Source: Tagaea sp. (GTDB taxonomy: Bacteria; Pseudomonadota; Alphaproteobacteria; CACIAM-22H2). Taken from it: DNA of 64,000 nt. Of the stretch, positions 9,930 to 18,567 are shown in pieces. Position 1 is the stretch's first letter; every line of letters begins with the position of its first letter. The stretch covers positions 128,001 through 192,000 of the forward strand of contig CBDIIB010000002.1 in assembly GCA_965279525.1 (NCBI GenBank). The letters are read 5' to 3'. The translations under genes were made by a program, and so were the position numbers. The notes beneath the pieces are model-generated. The model was not told where the DNA came from, made no database searches, and saw only the letters and a list, made by a program, of their open reading frames with translations.

Positions 9930-11311
9930 TGGCAGGCATCGGCTTTTCGCTGCGCGAACTGGCACGGTCCGACGACGTGATGGGGTCGCTGCGCGCCTTC
10001 ATGCACGCCACGCTCGTGGCTGCCGGTCCGTGGCTCGTGACGATCCTGGCACTCGGCACGCTTTCCATGATCGCCGACGGCGTATCGCAGAGTGCCGAAG
10101 TGGCGCTGTTCCGCATCATCATCATCTACAATTTCGGGTTTTCGCTGATCTTCGCCGGCCCGATCTCGATCATCGTGACGCGCTATCTGGCGGACCGGAT
10201 CTACGTGCGGGACGTCACCGAAGGACCGGGGATGCTTCTAGGCGCGTTCGCGCTGATGCTGGCCACGCAAGGCCCGCTGGCGCTGGGCTTCTACGGCTTC
10301 GCGGTCGAAGCCCCGCTGGGCGTGCGGCTGGTTGCCATCGCGGGCTATCTGCTGACAGGTGCTCTCTGGATCGCCGCCGTATTCCTGTCGACGCTCAAGG
10401 ATTTCCGCTCGATCACTTACAGCTTCATCATCGGCATGTTCACGGGCCTCGTGTGCGGAGCATCGCTTTCCGGTCATGGCGCGGTCGGCCTTCTGGCCGG
10501 ATTCACGATCGGCCTTGCAGTCGTGCTCTTTGCGCTCGTCGCGCGGATTTTCGCCGAATATCCCTATCCGGTCGTCCGGCCGTTCGCGTTCCTCGCCTAT
10601 TTCAGGCGCTACTGGGATCTTGCGGCGACATCGTTCAGCTACAACGCGGCGATCTGGATCGACAAATGGGTGATGTGGCTTTCGCCGGACCGAGAGATCG
10701 AGGCAGGTGTCCTGGTTTCCTATCCCAACTACGACAGCGCGATGTTTCTCGCCTATCTTTCGATCCTTCCGGCGATGGCGCTGTTCGTGCTGATCGTCGA
10801 GACCTCGTTTTTCGAGCGTTATCTCGCTTTTTTCCGCGAGATCCAGCGGCACGGTACCTGGACGCGGCTGCGGGCTGCACAGATCGAGCTGATGGACAGC
10901 GTGGGCGAGGGATTCCGCGTCCTGGTCGTCCTGCAGGGCGCGCTCAGCTATCTTGCGATCCTTCTGGCACCGGTCCTCTTCGAAGCGCTCGGGCTGGGTT
11001 TCGCGCAGCTCGCCATGTTCCGGTTCGGCGTCCTCGGCGCCCTTTTCCACGCCTTGCTGCTGTTCGTGCTGATCGTCTTCGCCTATTTCGACCTCCGCCG
11101 CCTGGCGCTCAAGATCGTGGTGTTTTTCCTGCTGCTCAATGCCGCGACGACGGCGCTGACGCTCTGGGCGGGGTTCGCCTGGTATGGCTACGGATATTTC
11201 CTGTCGGCCGCCACGACGTTCCTGATCGCCTATGTGATCATGCTGCGGAAGATCGCGAATCTTCCCTATCTCGTCTTCGTCGAAATCAATCCGTCCGTGA
11301 AGCGCGGCTGA
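9929..11311 (+). CDS. pelG: Pel exopolysaccharide transporter PelG
   Basis: MAGIGFSLRELA start, AGPW, TRYLADRIY, WIDKWVMW, YDSAMFLAYLS, ETSF, GYGY motifs; multi-TM; TGATG coupling to pelF. Confidence 0.93.
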   Translation: MAGIGFSLRELARSDDVMGSLRAFMHATLVAAGPWLVTILALGTLSMIADGVSQSAEVALFRIIIIYNFGFSLIFAGPISIIVTRYLADRIYVRDVTEGPGMLLGAFALMLATQGPLALGFYGFAVEAPLGVRLVAIAGYLLTGALWIAAVFLSTLKDFRSITYSFIIGMFTGLVCGASLSGHGAVGLLAGFTIGLAVVLFALVARIFAEYPYPVVRPFAFLAYFRRYWDLAATSFSYNAAIWIDKWVMWLSPDREIEAGVLVSYPNYDSAMFLAYLSILPAMALFVLIVETSFFERYLAFFREIQRHGTWTRLRAAQIELMDSVGEGFRVLVVLQGALSYLAILLAPVLFEALGLGFAQLAMFRFGVLGALFHALLLFVLIVFAYFDLRRLALKIVVFFLLLNAATTALTLWAGFAWYGYGYFLSAATTFLIAYVIMLRKIANLPYLVFVEINPSVKRG

Positions 11312-11324
11312 ACAAGGATACGCC

Positions 11325-12254
11325 ATGTCTACTTATCTGGTCACCGGCGGAGCCGGTTTCATCGGCTCGCATCTCGTCGATTCGCTTCTTGCCGACGGGC
11401 ACGCGGTGCGCGTGCTTGACGACCTGTCGACGGGCAGGCGCGCCAATGTGGCCGCGCGTGCCGAGTTCGTCGAAGGCGATGTCGCGGATCCGGCCGTCGT
11501 CGCGCGCGTCTGCGCCGGCACGGACGCGATCGTCCATCTTGCGGCGATCGCATCGGTGCAGCGCGGCAACGAGGACTGGGCAGGTACGCACCGGACGAAC
11601 CTGACAGCGGCAATCCACGTCTTCGATGCCGCGCGCCGTGCGCGGGCGGGCGGTCCGGTGCCGGTGGTCTACGCCTCGTCGGCGGCGATCTATGGCGACA
11701 ATCCGGATCTGCCGCTCGCCGAGACCGCACGCCCGCGCCCGCTTTCGGCCTATGGCGCGGACAAGCTCGGCTGCGAGCTGCATGCGCGGGTCGGCGGCGT
11801 GGTGCACGGCGTGCCGAGCGCAGGCTTCCGGTTCTTCAACGTGTTCGGACCGCGCCAGGATCCGAAGAGCCCGTATTCCGGCGTCATCTCGATCTTTGCC
11901 GATCGCGTCCGTGCGGGCGTGCCCTGCAGGATCCAGGGTGACGGCGGGCAGGCGCGGGATTTCGTCTATGTGGCCGATGTCGTCGCCGCATTGCGGACAG
12001 GACTGACGGCCGCAAGCACGGATGCGCCGGTTTTCAATGTCGGTACCGGTGTTTCGACACGCATCGTGGATCTTGCGCGTGTTCTGCAGCGGCTTGCCGG
12101 ATCGTCGGCAGAGCCGGAATTCGCCCCGGCCCGGCCGGGCGATATCCGTCTGTCGCTGTGCGATCCCGCGAAACTCAAGGCGCTCGGCTGGGAGCCGGGC
12201 ACGGCACTCGAGGAAGGGCTTCGCCGGACGCTTGCCTCGCTTGGCGGGGCCTGA
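11325..12254 (+). CDS. NAD-dependent epimerase, PelX-like UDP-GlcNAc 4-epimerase
   Basis: TGGAGFIG, SSAAIYG, YGADK (YxxxK), FFNVFGPRQDPKSPYSGVISIF; directly after pelG. Confidence 0.85.
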   Translation: MSTYLVTGGAGFIGSHLVDSLLADGHAVRVLDDLSTGRRANVAARAEFVEGDVADPAVVARVCAGTDAIVHLAAIASVQRGNEDWAGTHRTNLTAAIHVFDAARRARAGGPVPVVYASSAAIYGDNPDLPLAETARPRPLSAYGADKLGCELHARVGGVVHGVPSAGFRFFNVFGPRQDPKSPYSGVISIFADRVRAGVPCRIQGDGGQARDFVYVADVVAALRTGLTAASTDAPVFNVGTGVSTRIVDLARVLQRLAGSSAEPEFAPARPGDIRLSLCDPAKLKALGWEPGTALEEGLRRTLASLGGA

Positions 12255-12272
12255 CGTCAGCCACGCCTGAGT

Positions 12273-13169
12273 TCAGAACGACGTCCAGCAGAGCTCGTGC
12301 TTGTTGTGGAAGAGGTGACGCAGGCGGCCGCCGGGTATCGCGGCGAAGCGGCGGGCCGTCTCGTGGTCGGTGGCACCCTGGAACTTGATCGTGCAGACGA
12401 TGCGCTTGGCAAGCCCACTCGCCCGCCAGCGCTCGACCAGTTCGAACAGGCGGGCGGGATAACAGATGACGTCGCTGAACAGCCAGTCGACCGGCCCCAC
12501 ATCGGCCGGTGCCAGCCCGAAGGCGCTGGCCTGGCGCAGTTCCACGCCCGGCAAAGCGGCGACCGCAGGGTCGAGGGGCGCTTTGTCGATGGCCAGCACG
12601 CTTGCCCCAAGTTTGGCGAGCACCCAGGTCCAGCCGCCCGGCGAGGCCCCAAGATCGACGCAGCGGTCGCCCGGTCCGGGCATGGCGCCAGCCAGCGTCA
12701 GCGCTTCCCAGAGCTTCAGGTAGGCGCGGCTGGGCGGGCCCGAGCGATCCTCGACGAAGCGGCATTCGCCGTCGGGGAACGGGCTCGAACAGCGGGCACT
12801 GGCTAGCAGTGTCTGCGGATCGAGCAGCATCCAGGCGCCGAGCGGTGCTGCCGGAACAGGACTGCCGAAGACCAGCGGCTTGGCGGAGACTTTCGGCAGT
12901 TCCCCCGCGATCAGGGCGGCCCGACGGTGATGTGCATGGTCATGCAGCACCCAGTTGCGCTGGATCGCGCGCAGCGCCTTTGCCGCTTGTCCGATCGACG
13001 GAGCGGGCAGGCGCACGGGTTCCAGCCAGATGTTCTGGGCCCAGACGGCCGCACGCGGCGGGCCGGGTGCGACAAGCAGACGACCGTAGGCCGCTTCGAC
13101 GTCGCCAAGCTCTTCGCGCAGCGGTTCGACGAATCCGTCGGCGGCGAGGTAAGCGGCAAACTGTTCCAG
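12273..13169 (-). CDS. RlmM/FtsJ-like SAM-dependent rRNA 2'-O-methyltransferase
   Basis: PPSRAYLKLWEAL, VDLGASPGGWT, WLFSDV, TIKF, HLFHNKHE; start placed tentatively at a CTG preceded by GGAG. Confidence 0.8.
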   Translation of the reverse strand: MEQFAAYLAADGFVEPLREELGDVEAAYGRLLVAPGPPRAAVWAQNIWLEPVRLPAPSIGQAAKALRAIQRNWVLHDHAHHRRAALIAGELPKVSAKPLVFGSPVPAAPLGAWMLLDPQTLLASARCSSPFPDGECRFVEDRSGPPSRAYLKLWEALTLAGAMPGPGDRCVDLGASPGGWTWVLAKLGASVLAIDKAPLDPAVAALPGVELRQASAFGLAPADVGPVDWLFSDVICYPARLFELVERWRASGLAKRIVCTIKFQGATDHETARRFAAIPGGRLRHLFHNKHELCWTSF

Positions 13170-13262
13170 ATCTTCGCTCCCTGCTTCGCCGGCGCCCGGC
13201 CGACAATATAGGACCTCGCCTGTTCGCTTGCCAGCGCGTGCAAAGGCAAGCGAAAGTGAGGC

Positions 13263-14666
13263 GTGCACGTGAAGATTTCCGTCCGGTTCCTGACGCGCTG
13301 GCTGCCGGTATGCCTTGCCGCCACGGTCCTGCTCCAATGCATCGTCGGCTATGCGCCCCTTCGGCCGGCTGCACTGCTCCTGACACTTGTCTGGCTTGCG
13401 GCCGCCTTTCCGGCGACCCGGGCAACGGAACGGGCGTTCCTGGCGGCGACCATCGCCTCGGCGATGGCGGTCGTCGCGATCGGTGCCGACTGGCGTGCGA
13501 TCCTCGGAACCGGCCTCGATCGCGCGACGATGTTCGTGGCGCTCCTGACTTCGCTCGGCCTGCTGCGCGATGCGGCTCGTACATCGCGCGCGGTGCGGCG
13601 CGCGGGCAACTGGCTCATTCGCCAGTCGCCGAGCTGGCGCTTTCTGGCGATAGCCCTCGGCGGGCACGGGTTCGGCATCGCGCTCAACATGGGTGCCATC
13701 ACGCTGCTCGGCACGCTCATCAAGCGCTCGAACACGCTCGCGGCGGCCGGCGGCGACGCGCAAGTCGTCGGGATACGCGAAGAACGGATGAACGTCGCCC
13801 TGCTCCAGGGGTTTTTCTCGATGCTCGTCTGGTCGCCGATGGCGATATCGGTCGCCTTCACGCTGTCGATGATTCCGTCGGTGACGTGGTTCGATATCGG
13901 CCCGCCGGCGTTCGCGATCGCGGCGCTGTTCCTGGCGACGGGATGGGCAGTCGACCGGATCAAATGGCCGCCGTCCCGGCGAAGATCGATTCCGCAACCC
14001 GGGCCACGGCCGCCCGCGCGCGATGCGTTGCCGATGCTCGGCATCATCGTCGGACTAGTGTCGACGGTGCTGGGGGCCAAGGCGCTGTTCGGCATCGGCA
14101 TGGTCGAGGCGATCAGCTGGTTCGCGGCCCTGTTCGCGTTCGGCTGGTTCTATGTCCAGTATGCGCGACTGGGCACCGGCCCCGCGTTCGTGGCAACTGG
14201 CCGGCGTCTTCGCCGGCATGTCGAGCGGTTCGTCCCCGACACGCGCGGCGAACAGATCGTGCTGGGGTCTGCGAGCTTCCTTGGCGTCACGCTGGCGGTC
14301 CTGCTGCAGAATCTCGGCGTATCGGCATGGCTCGATGCCTGGCAGCCGCACGGCGCCGTCCTGGCGCTCGCCATCGTGGTGTTCATCGTCGTCGGTTCCC
14401 AGTTCGGGGTCGTCGCACTCGTCACCAGTGCCGTTGCCGGCGGAGCGGTGATGGGCATGGCGCGGATGCCGATGACACCCCTCGAGCTCGTGCTGTCGCT
14501 TCAGGTCGGCTGGTGCCTTTCGGCGACGCTGTCGGCGTATTCGGGCGGCACGATGCTGATGGCGCGCATCATCGACCGCGATCCGTCGATCTTCCGCACG
14601 TGGAACATGCCCTGGGTGGCCGTCTGCTTCGTGCTCTATGCCGCGATCGCCATGTGGCGCATCTAG
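13263..14666 (+). CDS. Multi-pass membrane protein, putative transporter
   Basis: 467 aa with about 12 hydrophobic segments; family not recognised. Confidence 0.6.
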   Translation: MHVKISVRFLTRWLPVCLAATVLLQCIVGYAPLRPAALLLTLVWLAAAFPATRATERAFLAATIASAMAVVAIGADWRAILGTGLDRATMFVALLTSLGLLRDAARTSRAVRRAGNWLIRQSPSWRFLAIALGGHGFGIALNMGAITLLGTLIKRSNTLAAAGGDAQVVGIREERMNVALLQGFFSMLVWSPMAISVAFTLSMIPSVTWFDIGPPAFAIAALFLATGWAVDRIKWPPSRRRSIPQPGPRPPARDALPMLGIIVGLVSTVLGAKALFGIGMVEAISWFAALFAFGWFYVQYARLGTGPAFVATGRRLRRHVERFVPDTRGEQIVLGSASFLGVTLAVLLQNLGVSAWLDAWQPHGAVLALAIVVFIVVGSQFGVVALVTSAVAGGAVMGMARMPMTPLELVLSLQVGWCLSATLSAYSGGTMLMARIIDRDPSIFRTWNMPWVAVCFVLYAAIAMWRI

Positions 14667-15439
14667 CCGCGGAGCGCCGACGCGGCACCCTCCCACTCGA
14701 TCCGCGAGGTCGCATGCAGCAGCGGGCCGACATGCCGGCGCGCGTCGTAGGTGCCGCCATTGTCGAGGAACGCGGCATGGCCGCCGGCTTCGGTCACGGC
14801 AAGGGCGCCGGCGGCATGGTCCCACGGCAGCGTTCGCGTGAAGCAGGCGAAGCCGAGCCGGCCGCGCGCCAGATCGAGATAGACCGCACCAGCGCAGCGA
14901 TCGTCGATGAAGTGCCCGAAGCGCCCCGATTCCTCGGCGCGCTTGCGCAGCGTCTTGCCGTAGATCGCGACGTCGTCGCTTGCCTTCAACAGGGCCGGCG
15001 CGCCGTTGAAGCGTGCGCCGGCGCCTTTCTCCGCGACCAGCAGGTCGCGCGTCAGCGGCTCGTAAATCCATCCGGCAACCGGTTCGCCGCCGACGGCCAG
15101 CGCCACGATCGAACAGAAGGGCGTGCGGCTTGCGGCGAAATTCGCCGTTCCGTCGAGCGGATCGATGATCCAGACCGGTGCCGGCTCGCCGAGCCTGTCG
15201 AGGATCGCCCGGTCGTTGGCGACCGCCTCTTCGCCGACGACACAGCTACCGGGCAGTAGCGCCGCCAGGGCAGGCGTCAGGCGCGCTTCGGCATCGATGT
15301 CAGCCGCCGTGACGTAGTCGTTGGGGCCCTTGAGGGCGATGTCCGACGCTTCAAGAGTGCGGAAACGGGGAAGGATCGCGATATCCGAGACCTCGGCGAT
15401 CAAGGCGGCGACGCGATCGATGATGGAGGCGCTTAGCAT
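14663..15439 (-). CDS. Inositol monophosphatase family protein
   Basis: DYVTAAD, VGEE, WIIDPLDGTANF, PWDHAAG motifs. Confidence 0.9.
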   Translation of the reverse strand: MLSASIIDRVAALIAEVSDIAILPRFRTLEASDIALKGPNDYVTAADIDAEARLTPALAALLPGSCVVGEEAVANDRAILDRLGEPAPVWIIDPLDGTANFAASRTPFCSIVALAVGGEPVAGWIYEPLTRDLLVAEKGAGARFNGAPALLKASDDVAIYGKTLRKRAEESGRFGHFIDDRCAGAVYLDLARGRLGFACFTRTLPWDHAAGALAVTEAGGHAAFLDNGGTYDARRHVGPLLHATSRIEWEGAASALRG

Positions 15440-15489
15440 GGATTGGCGTTAAACCAGCATCGTGCGGACGGCAAGTCGAAACCGCGAAG

Positions 15490-16404
15490 TCAGGCCACGC
15501 AGTCGCGGGCGAGCGGGCAGGCCGTCGGGTCGGTCTCGATCTGCACCGTCGCATGCCCGATCGCATGATGTGCGCGCAGTTCCGTTGCGAGTGCCGCGAG
15601 AAACGCGTCGCCCGGATGGCCGCCGGGCATCACGAGATGGGCGGACAGCGCCGTCTGCGTCGTGCTGGTGGCCCAGATATGGAGATCGTGCAGGGCCACG
15701 ACGCCGGGCCGGGCGGCGAGGAAGTCGCGCACGGCCTGCGGATCGACCCCGGCCGGCACGCCGCCGAGAGAGAGCGCAACGCTGTCGCGCAGCAACTGCC
15801 AGGTACCCCAGACGATCACGGCGACGATGGCAAGGCTGGCGGCCGGGTCGACCCACAGCCAGCCGGTCGCCATCGCGATCGCCCCGGCCACGACGACGCC
15901 TGCCGAAATCAGCGCATCGCCCGCCATGTGCAGATAGGCCCCGCGGATGTTGAGATCCTGCCGCCGGCCTGCGGCGAACATCCAGGCCGTGACCCCGTTG
16001 ATCAAGATGCCGACCGCTGCGACCGCCATGACGAGCCCGCCCGCGACCGGCTCCGGCCGTTCGAAGCGCAGCACCGCTTCCCATGCGATGGCACCGACCG
16101 CGACGAGGAGGAAGACGGCGTTGAACAGCGCCGAAAGGATCGAGGCACCACGCAGGCCGAAGGTGAATCGCGCGGACGGCGGCCGCCGTGCAAGCAATGT
16201 CGCCGACCATGCAACTGCCAATCCGAGGACGTCGGAAAGATTGTGGCCGGCATCCGCCAGCAAGGCCATGGAGTTGGCGAATATCCCGAAAGCCGCTTCG
16301 GCCACGACGAACGTGATATTCAGGGCGATCCCGATCGCGAACACCCTGCCGAAATCCTTCGGCGCGTGGACATGTCCGCCGTGGTCGTGGGTGTGTTCGG
16401 CCAT
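15490..16404 (-). CDS. Cation diffusion facilitator (CzcD/ZitB-like Zn/Co/Cd exporter)
   Basis: His-rich N-terminus, LLADAGHNLSD, AYLHMAGD, HDLHIW, HATVQIE. Confidence 0.9.
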   Translation of the reverse strand: MAEHTHDHGGHVHAPKDFGRVFAIGIALNITFVVAEAAFGIFANSMALLADAGHNLSDVLGLAVAWSATLLARRPPSARFTFGLRGASILSALFNAVFLLVAVGAIAWEAVLRFERPEPVAGGLVMAVAAVGILINGVTAWMFAAGRRQDLNIRGAYLHMAGDALISAGVVVAGAIAMATGWLWVDPAASLAIVAVIVWGTWQLLRDSVALSLGGVPAGVDPQAVRDFLAARPGVVALHDLHIWATSTTQTALSAHLVMPGGHPGDAFLAALATELRAHHAIGHATVQIETDPTACPLARDCVA

Positions 16405-16421
16405 GAGGCGCCTGCCCCTGC

Positions 16422-17012
16422 CTACTCGATCCGGAACGGCTTCTGGCGCACCGTCCGGCCGAGCTCGTCGAGAAGCACGCGTGCCATTGAACCGTAAGCG
16501 GCCTGCTCGTCGGTCGGTGATCCCAGCAGCGTCGCGGTTCCCTGCCAGAGCCGCGCACCTCGTGCATCGTCGAGGCTGAGCGTCAGCTGGAACTGCACCG
16601 ATCCCGATCCGCCGCCTTCAGACCGGCGCGGATTGACGAGGCTGTCCTCTTGCGAGGAATAGAGGTTGAGGCGCACGCGCGCATCGTCCCTGTCGGCCTG
16701 CAGCGTGCCGATGCCGGCCGGCGGCCCGGTCCGCCCGATCTGCTGGACGGCGGTCTCGAAATTCATCGAAAGTGTGCCGGCGCGATCGTCGATATGACGC
16801 CCCTTGCGTTCCAGGGCGCGCTCGATCTGCTGCTTGAGCCGGCGGTTGTCGCGCGTGTCGTCGAAAGGCCTGACACGGAGCGTCGCTTCGGCCGGCACGT
16901 CGCGGAACGCCTGGGCGTTCATCCGGCCAGGGGCCCGGACGTCAGGCGCTTCCTGCGCGACCGAAGGCATCGCCAGAAAAACCAGCATCAGGACAAGGAT
17001 CACGCGGGACAT
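16422..17012 (-). CDS. Exported hypothetical protein (DUF4136-like fold possible)
   Basis: Signal peptide MSRVILVLMLVFLAMPSVA-Q; LTLSLDDARGARLWQGTA pattern. Confidence 0.55.
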   Translation of the reverse strand: MSRVILVLMLVFLAMPSVAQEAPDVRAPGRMNAQAFRDVPAEATLRVRPFDDTRDNRRLKQQIERALERKGRHIDDRAGTLSMNFETAVQQIGRTGPPAGIGTLQADRDDARVRLNLYSSQEDSLVNPRRSEGGGSGSVQFQLTLSLDDARGARLWQGTATLLGSPTDEQAAYGSMARVLLDELGRTVRQKPFRIE

Positions 17013-17059
17013 GGGTGGCGACTCGGCACGACGGCGGGACGGATCTGCGGGAAACCGCA

Positions 17060-17401
17060 TTATAGTTGCTGTGCTCGGGCCGGTCGCCGCCGAATTTCGG
17101 ATTTGCCCGGCGCGCAATAGATGGCATGCAGCGTCGCCATGATCGCGCTCGCCTCGCCTCCGGCGAGGCGGTAGTGGATGGTCTGGCCCTCGCGCCGGGT
17201 CAGCACGAGACGGTCTGCGCGCAGTCGGGCAAGGTGCTGGGACAGGGCCGATTGCGACAGGTCGAGGAGGGCTTCCAGCGCCCCCACCGAACGTTCGCCG
17301 CCGGCGAGATGGCACAGGATCGTCAGGCGCCGCTCGTTTGCCATCGCCTTCAAAAGGGCAGTGGCCTTGCGGGCGTTGGCTTGAAGTCGCTTTGGATCCA
17401 T
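17060..17401 (-). CDS. ArsR/SmtB family transcriptional regulator
   Basis: LLKAMANERRLTILCHL, SQSALSQHLARLR, RREGQTIHY, C-terminal YC (BigR/HlyU-like). Confidence 0.88.
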   Translation of the reverse strand: MDPKRLQANARKATALLKAMANERRLTILCHLAGGERSVGALEALLDLSQSALSQHLARLRADRLVLTRREGQTIHYRLAGGEASAIMATLHAIYCAPGKSEIRRRPARAQQL

Positions 17402-17433
17402 CTGCCGAGGTTTAGTACGCCAGGTCGCCCGGC

Positions 17434-18558
17434 TCAAGTCTGCAGGCGCACGGGCGAAAACTCTGCCGGGCGAACGCCCATTGCGGCAATGTCGTCCGGC
17501 AGCCCCGTCTGCCTGATGAATCCGGCGACGATCCGGCCGACGGCGGGACTCGTCATGATGCCGTAGCCGCCCGGGGCGGCCGCCCAGTGGAAGCCGGCGA
17601 CCCTGTCGTCAGGACCGAGGACCGGACATTTGTCGGCGACGAAGCACCGCAGGCCCGCCCATTTGCGCCGGATCCGGGCGATCTCCAATGTCGTCGCAGC
17701 CTCGACGCGTTCGGCACATTCGGCGATGTCGATGTCCTCGGGCTGGGCGTCGCAGGGCTCCGACGGGGTCTCGTCGGCAGGGGACGCAAGCATCAGGCCG
17801 GCTTCCGGCTTGAAATAGAAGGTCTCGTCGATCTCGCAGGCCATCGGCCAGGCGGCAAGTGCTGCCGCAGGAACCGGAACTTCGAAGACGAACGCGGTTC
17901 GCCGCTTGGGCACGATTCCGATCTTCCGCGCACCGGCAAGTTCGGCCACCCGATCGGCCCAGGCGCCGGCTGCATTGACGACGTGCGCGGCCCGGAACGT
18001 GCCGGCCTTCGTGCGAAGCGTCCATTTGCCTGCGGCGCGGTCGAGACCCTGGAGTTCGGCATCGCAGACGAGTGCGCCGCCCGACGCCTTGAAGCCCTTG
18101 AGATAGCCGCGATGGATCGCGTGAACGTCCATGTCCATCGCCGCCCTGTCGTAGAGCGCCCGATCGAGCCATTCCGGGTCGAGCGGCGGGCAGAGTTCGA
18201 GTGCTGCCTGCCTGTCGATCTCGACGACCGTGCCGGGCAGGGCCTCTGCGAGGCCTTTGTCGACCGATGCGTCCTTGCCGGCGGCGGCGATGAACAGCGC
18301 GCCGCGCGGCGTCATCAGCGGGTGCTCGGAGAATCCGGGGGGCGGGGCCTCGAGAAACCCGCGGCTAGCGCAGGTTATCTGCCGAATGATGCGCGGGCCG
18401 TAAGCTTCCTCGAACAGGGCCGCGGACCGGCCGGTCGTGTGGTAGCCGGGCTGGGACTCGGTCTCGATCAGCAGCACGCGATGGGTCGGCGCCAGCGCGT
18501 AGGCGCACGAGGCGCCCACGATGCCGGCCCCGATGATCGCGACGTCGAAATCGGCCAC
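17434..18558 (-). CDS. FAD-dependent oxidoreductase (D-amino acid dehydrogenase/DauA-like)
   Basis: IIGAGIVG, GYHTTGRSAA, VNAAGAWAD, WAGLR, GGYGI. Confidence 0.85.
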   Translation of the reverse strand: MADFDVAIIGAGIVGASCAYALAPTHRVLLIETESQPGYHTTGRSAALFEEAYGPRIIRQITCASRGFLEAPPPGFSEHPLMTPRGALFIAAAGKDASVDKGLAEALPGTVVEIDRQAALELCPPLDPEWLDRALYDRAAMDMDVHAIHRGYLKGFKASGGALVCDAELQGLDRAAGKWTLRTKAGTFRAAHVVNAAGAWADRVAELAGARKIGIVPKRRTAFVFEVPVPAAALAAWPMACEIDETFYFKPEAGLMLASPADETPSEPCDAQPEDIDIAECAERVEAATTLEIARIRRKWAGLRCFVADKCPVLGPDDRVAGFHWAAAPGGYGIMTSPAVGRIVAGFIRQTGLPDDIAAMGVRPAEFSPVRLQT

Positions 18559-18567
18559 CGGCAGCGC

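Noticed and set aside
12509-15259. 916-aa Arg/Ala/Pro-rich ORF and many similar overlapping ORFs across the window
   Set aside because: Off-frame products of GC-rich coding DNA that overlap well-supported genes
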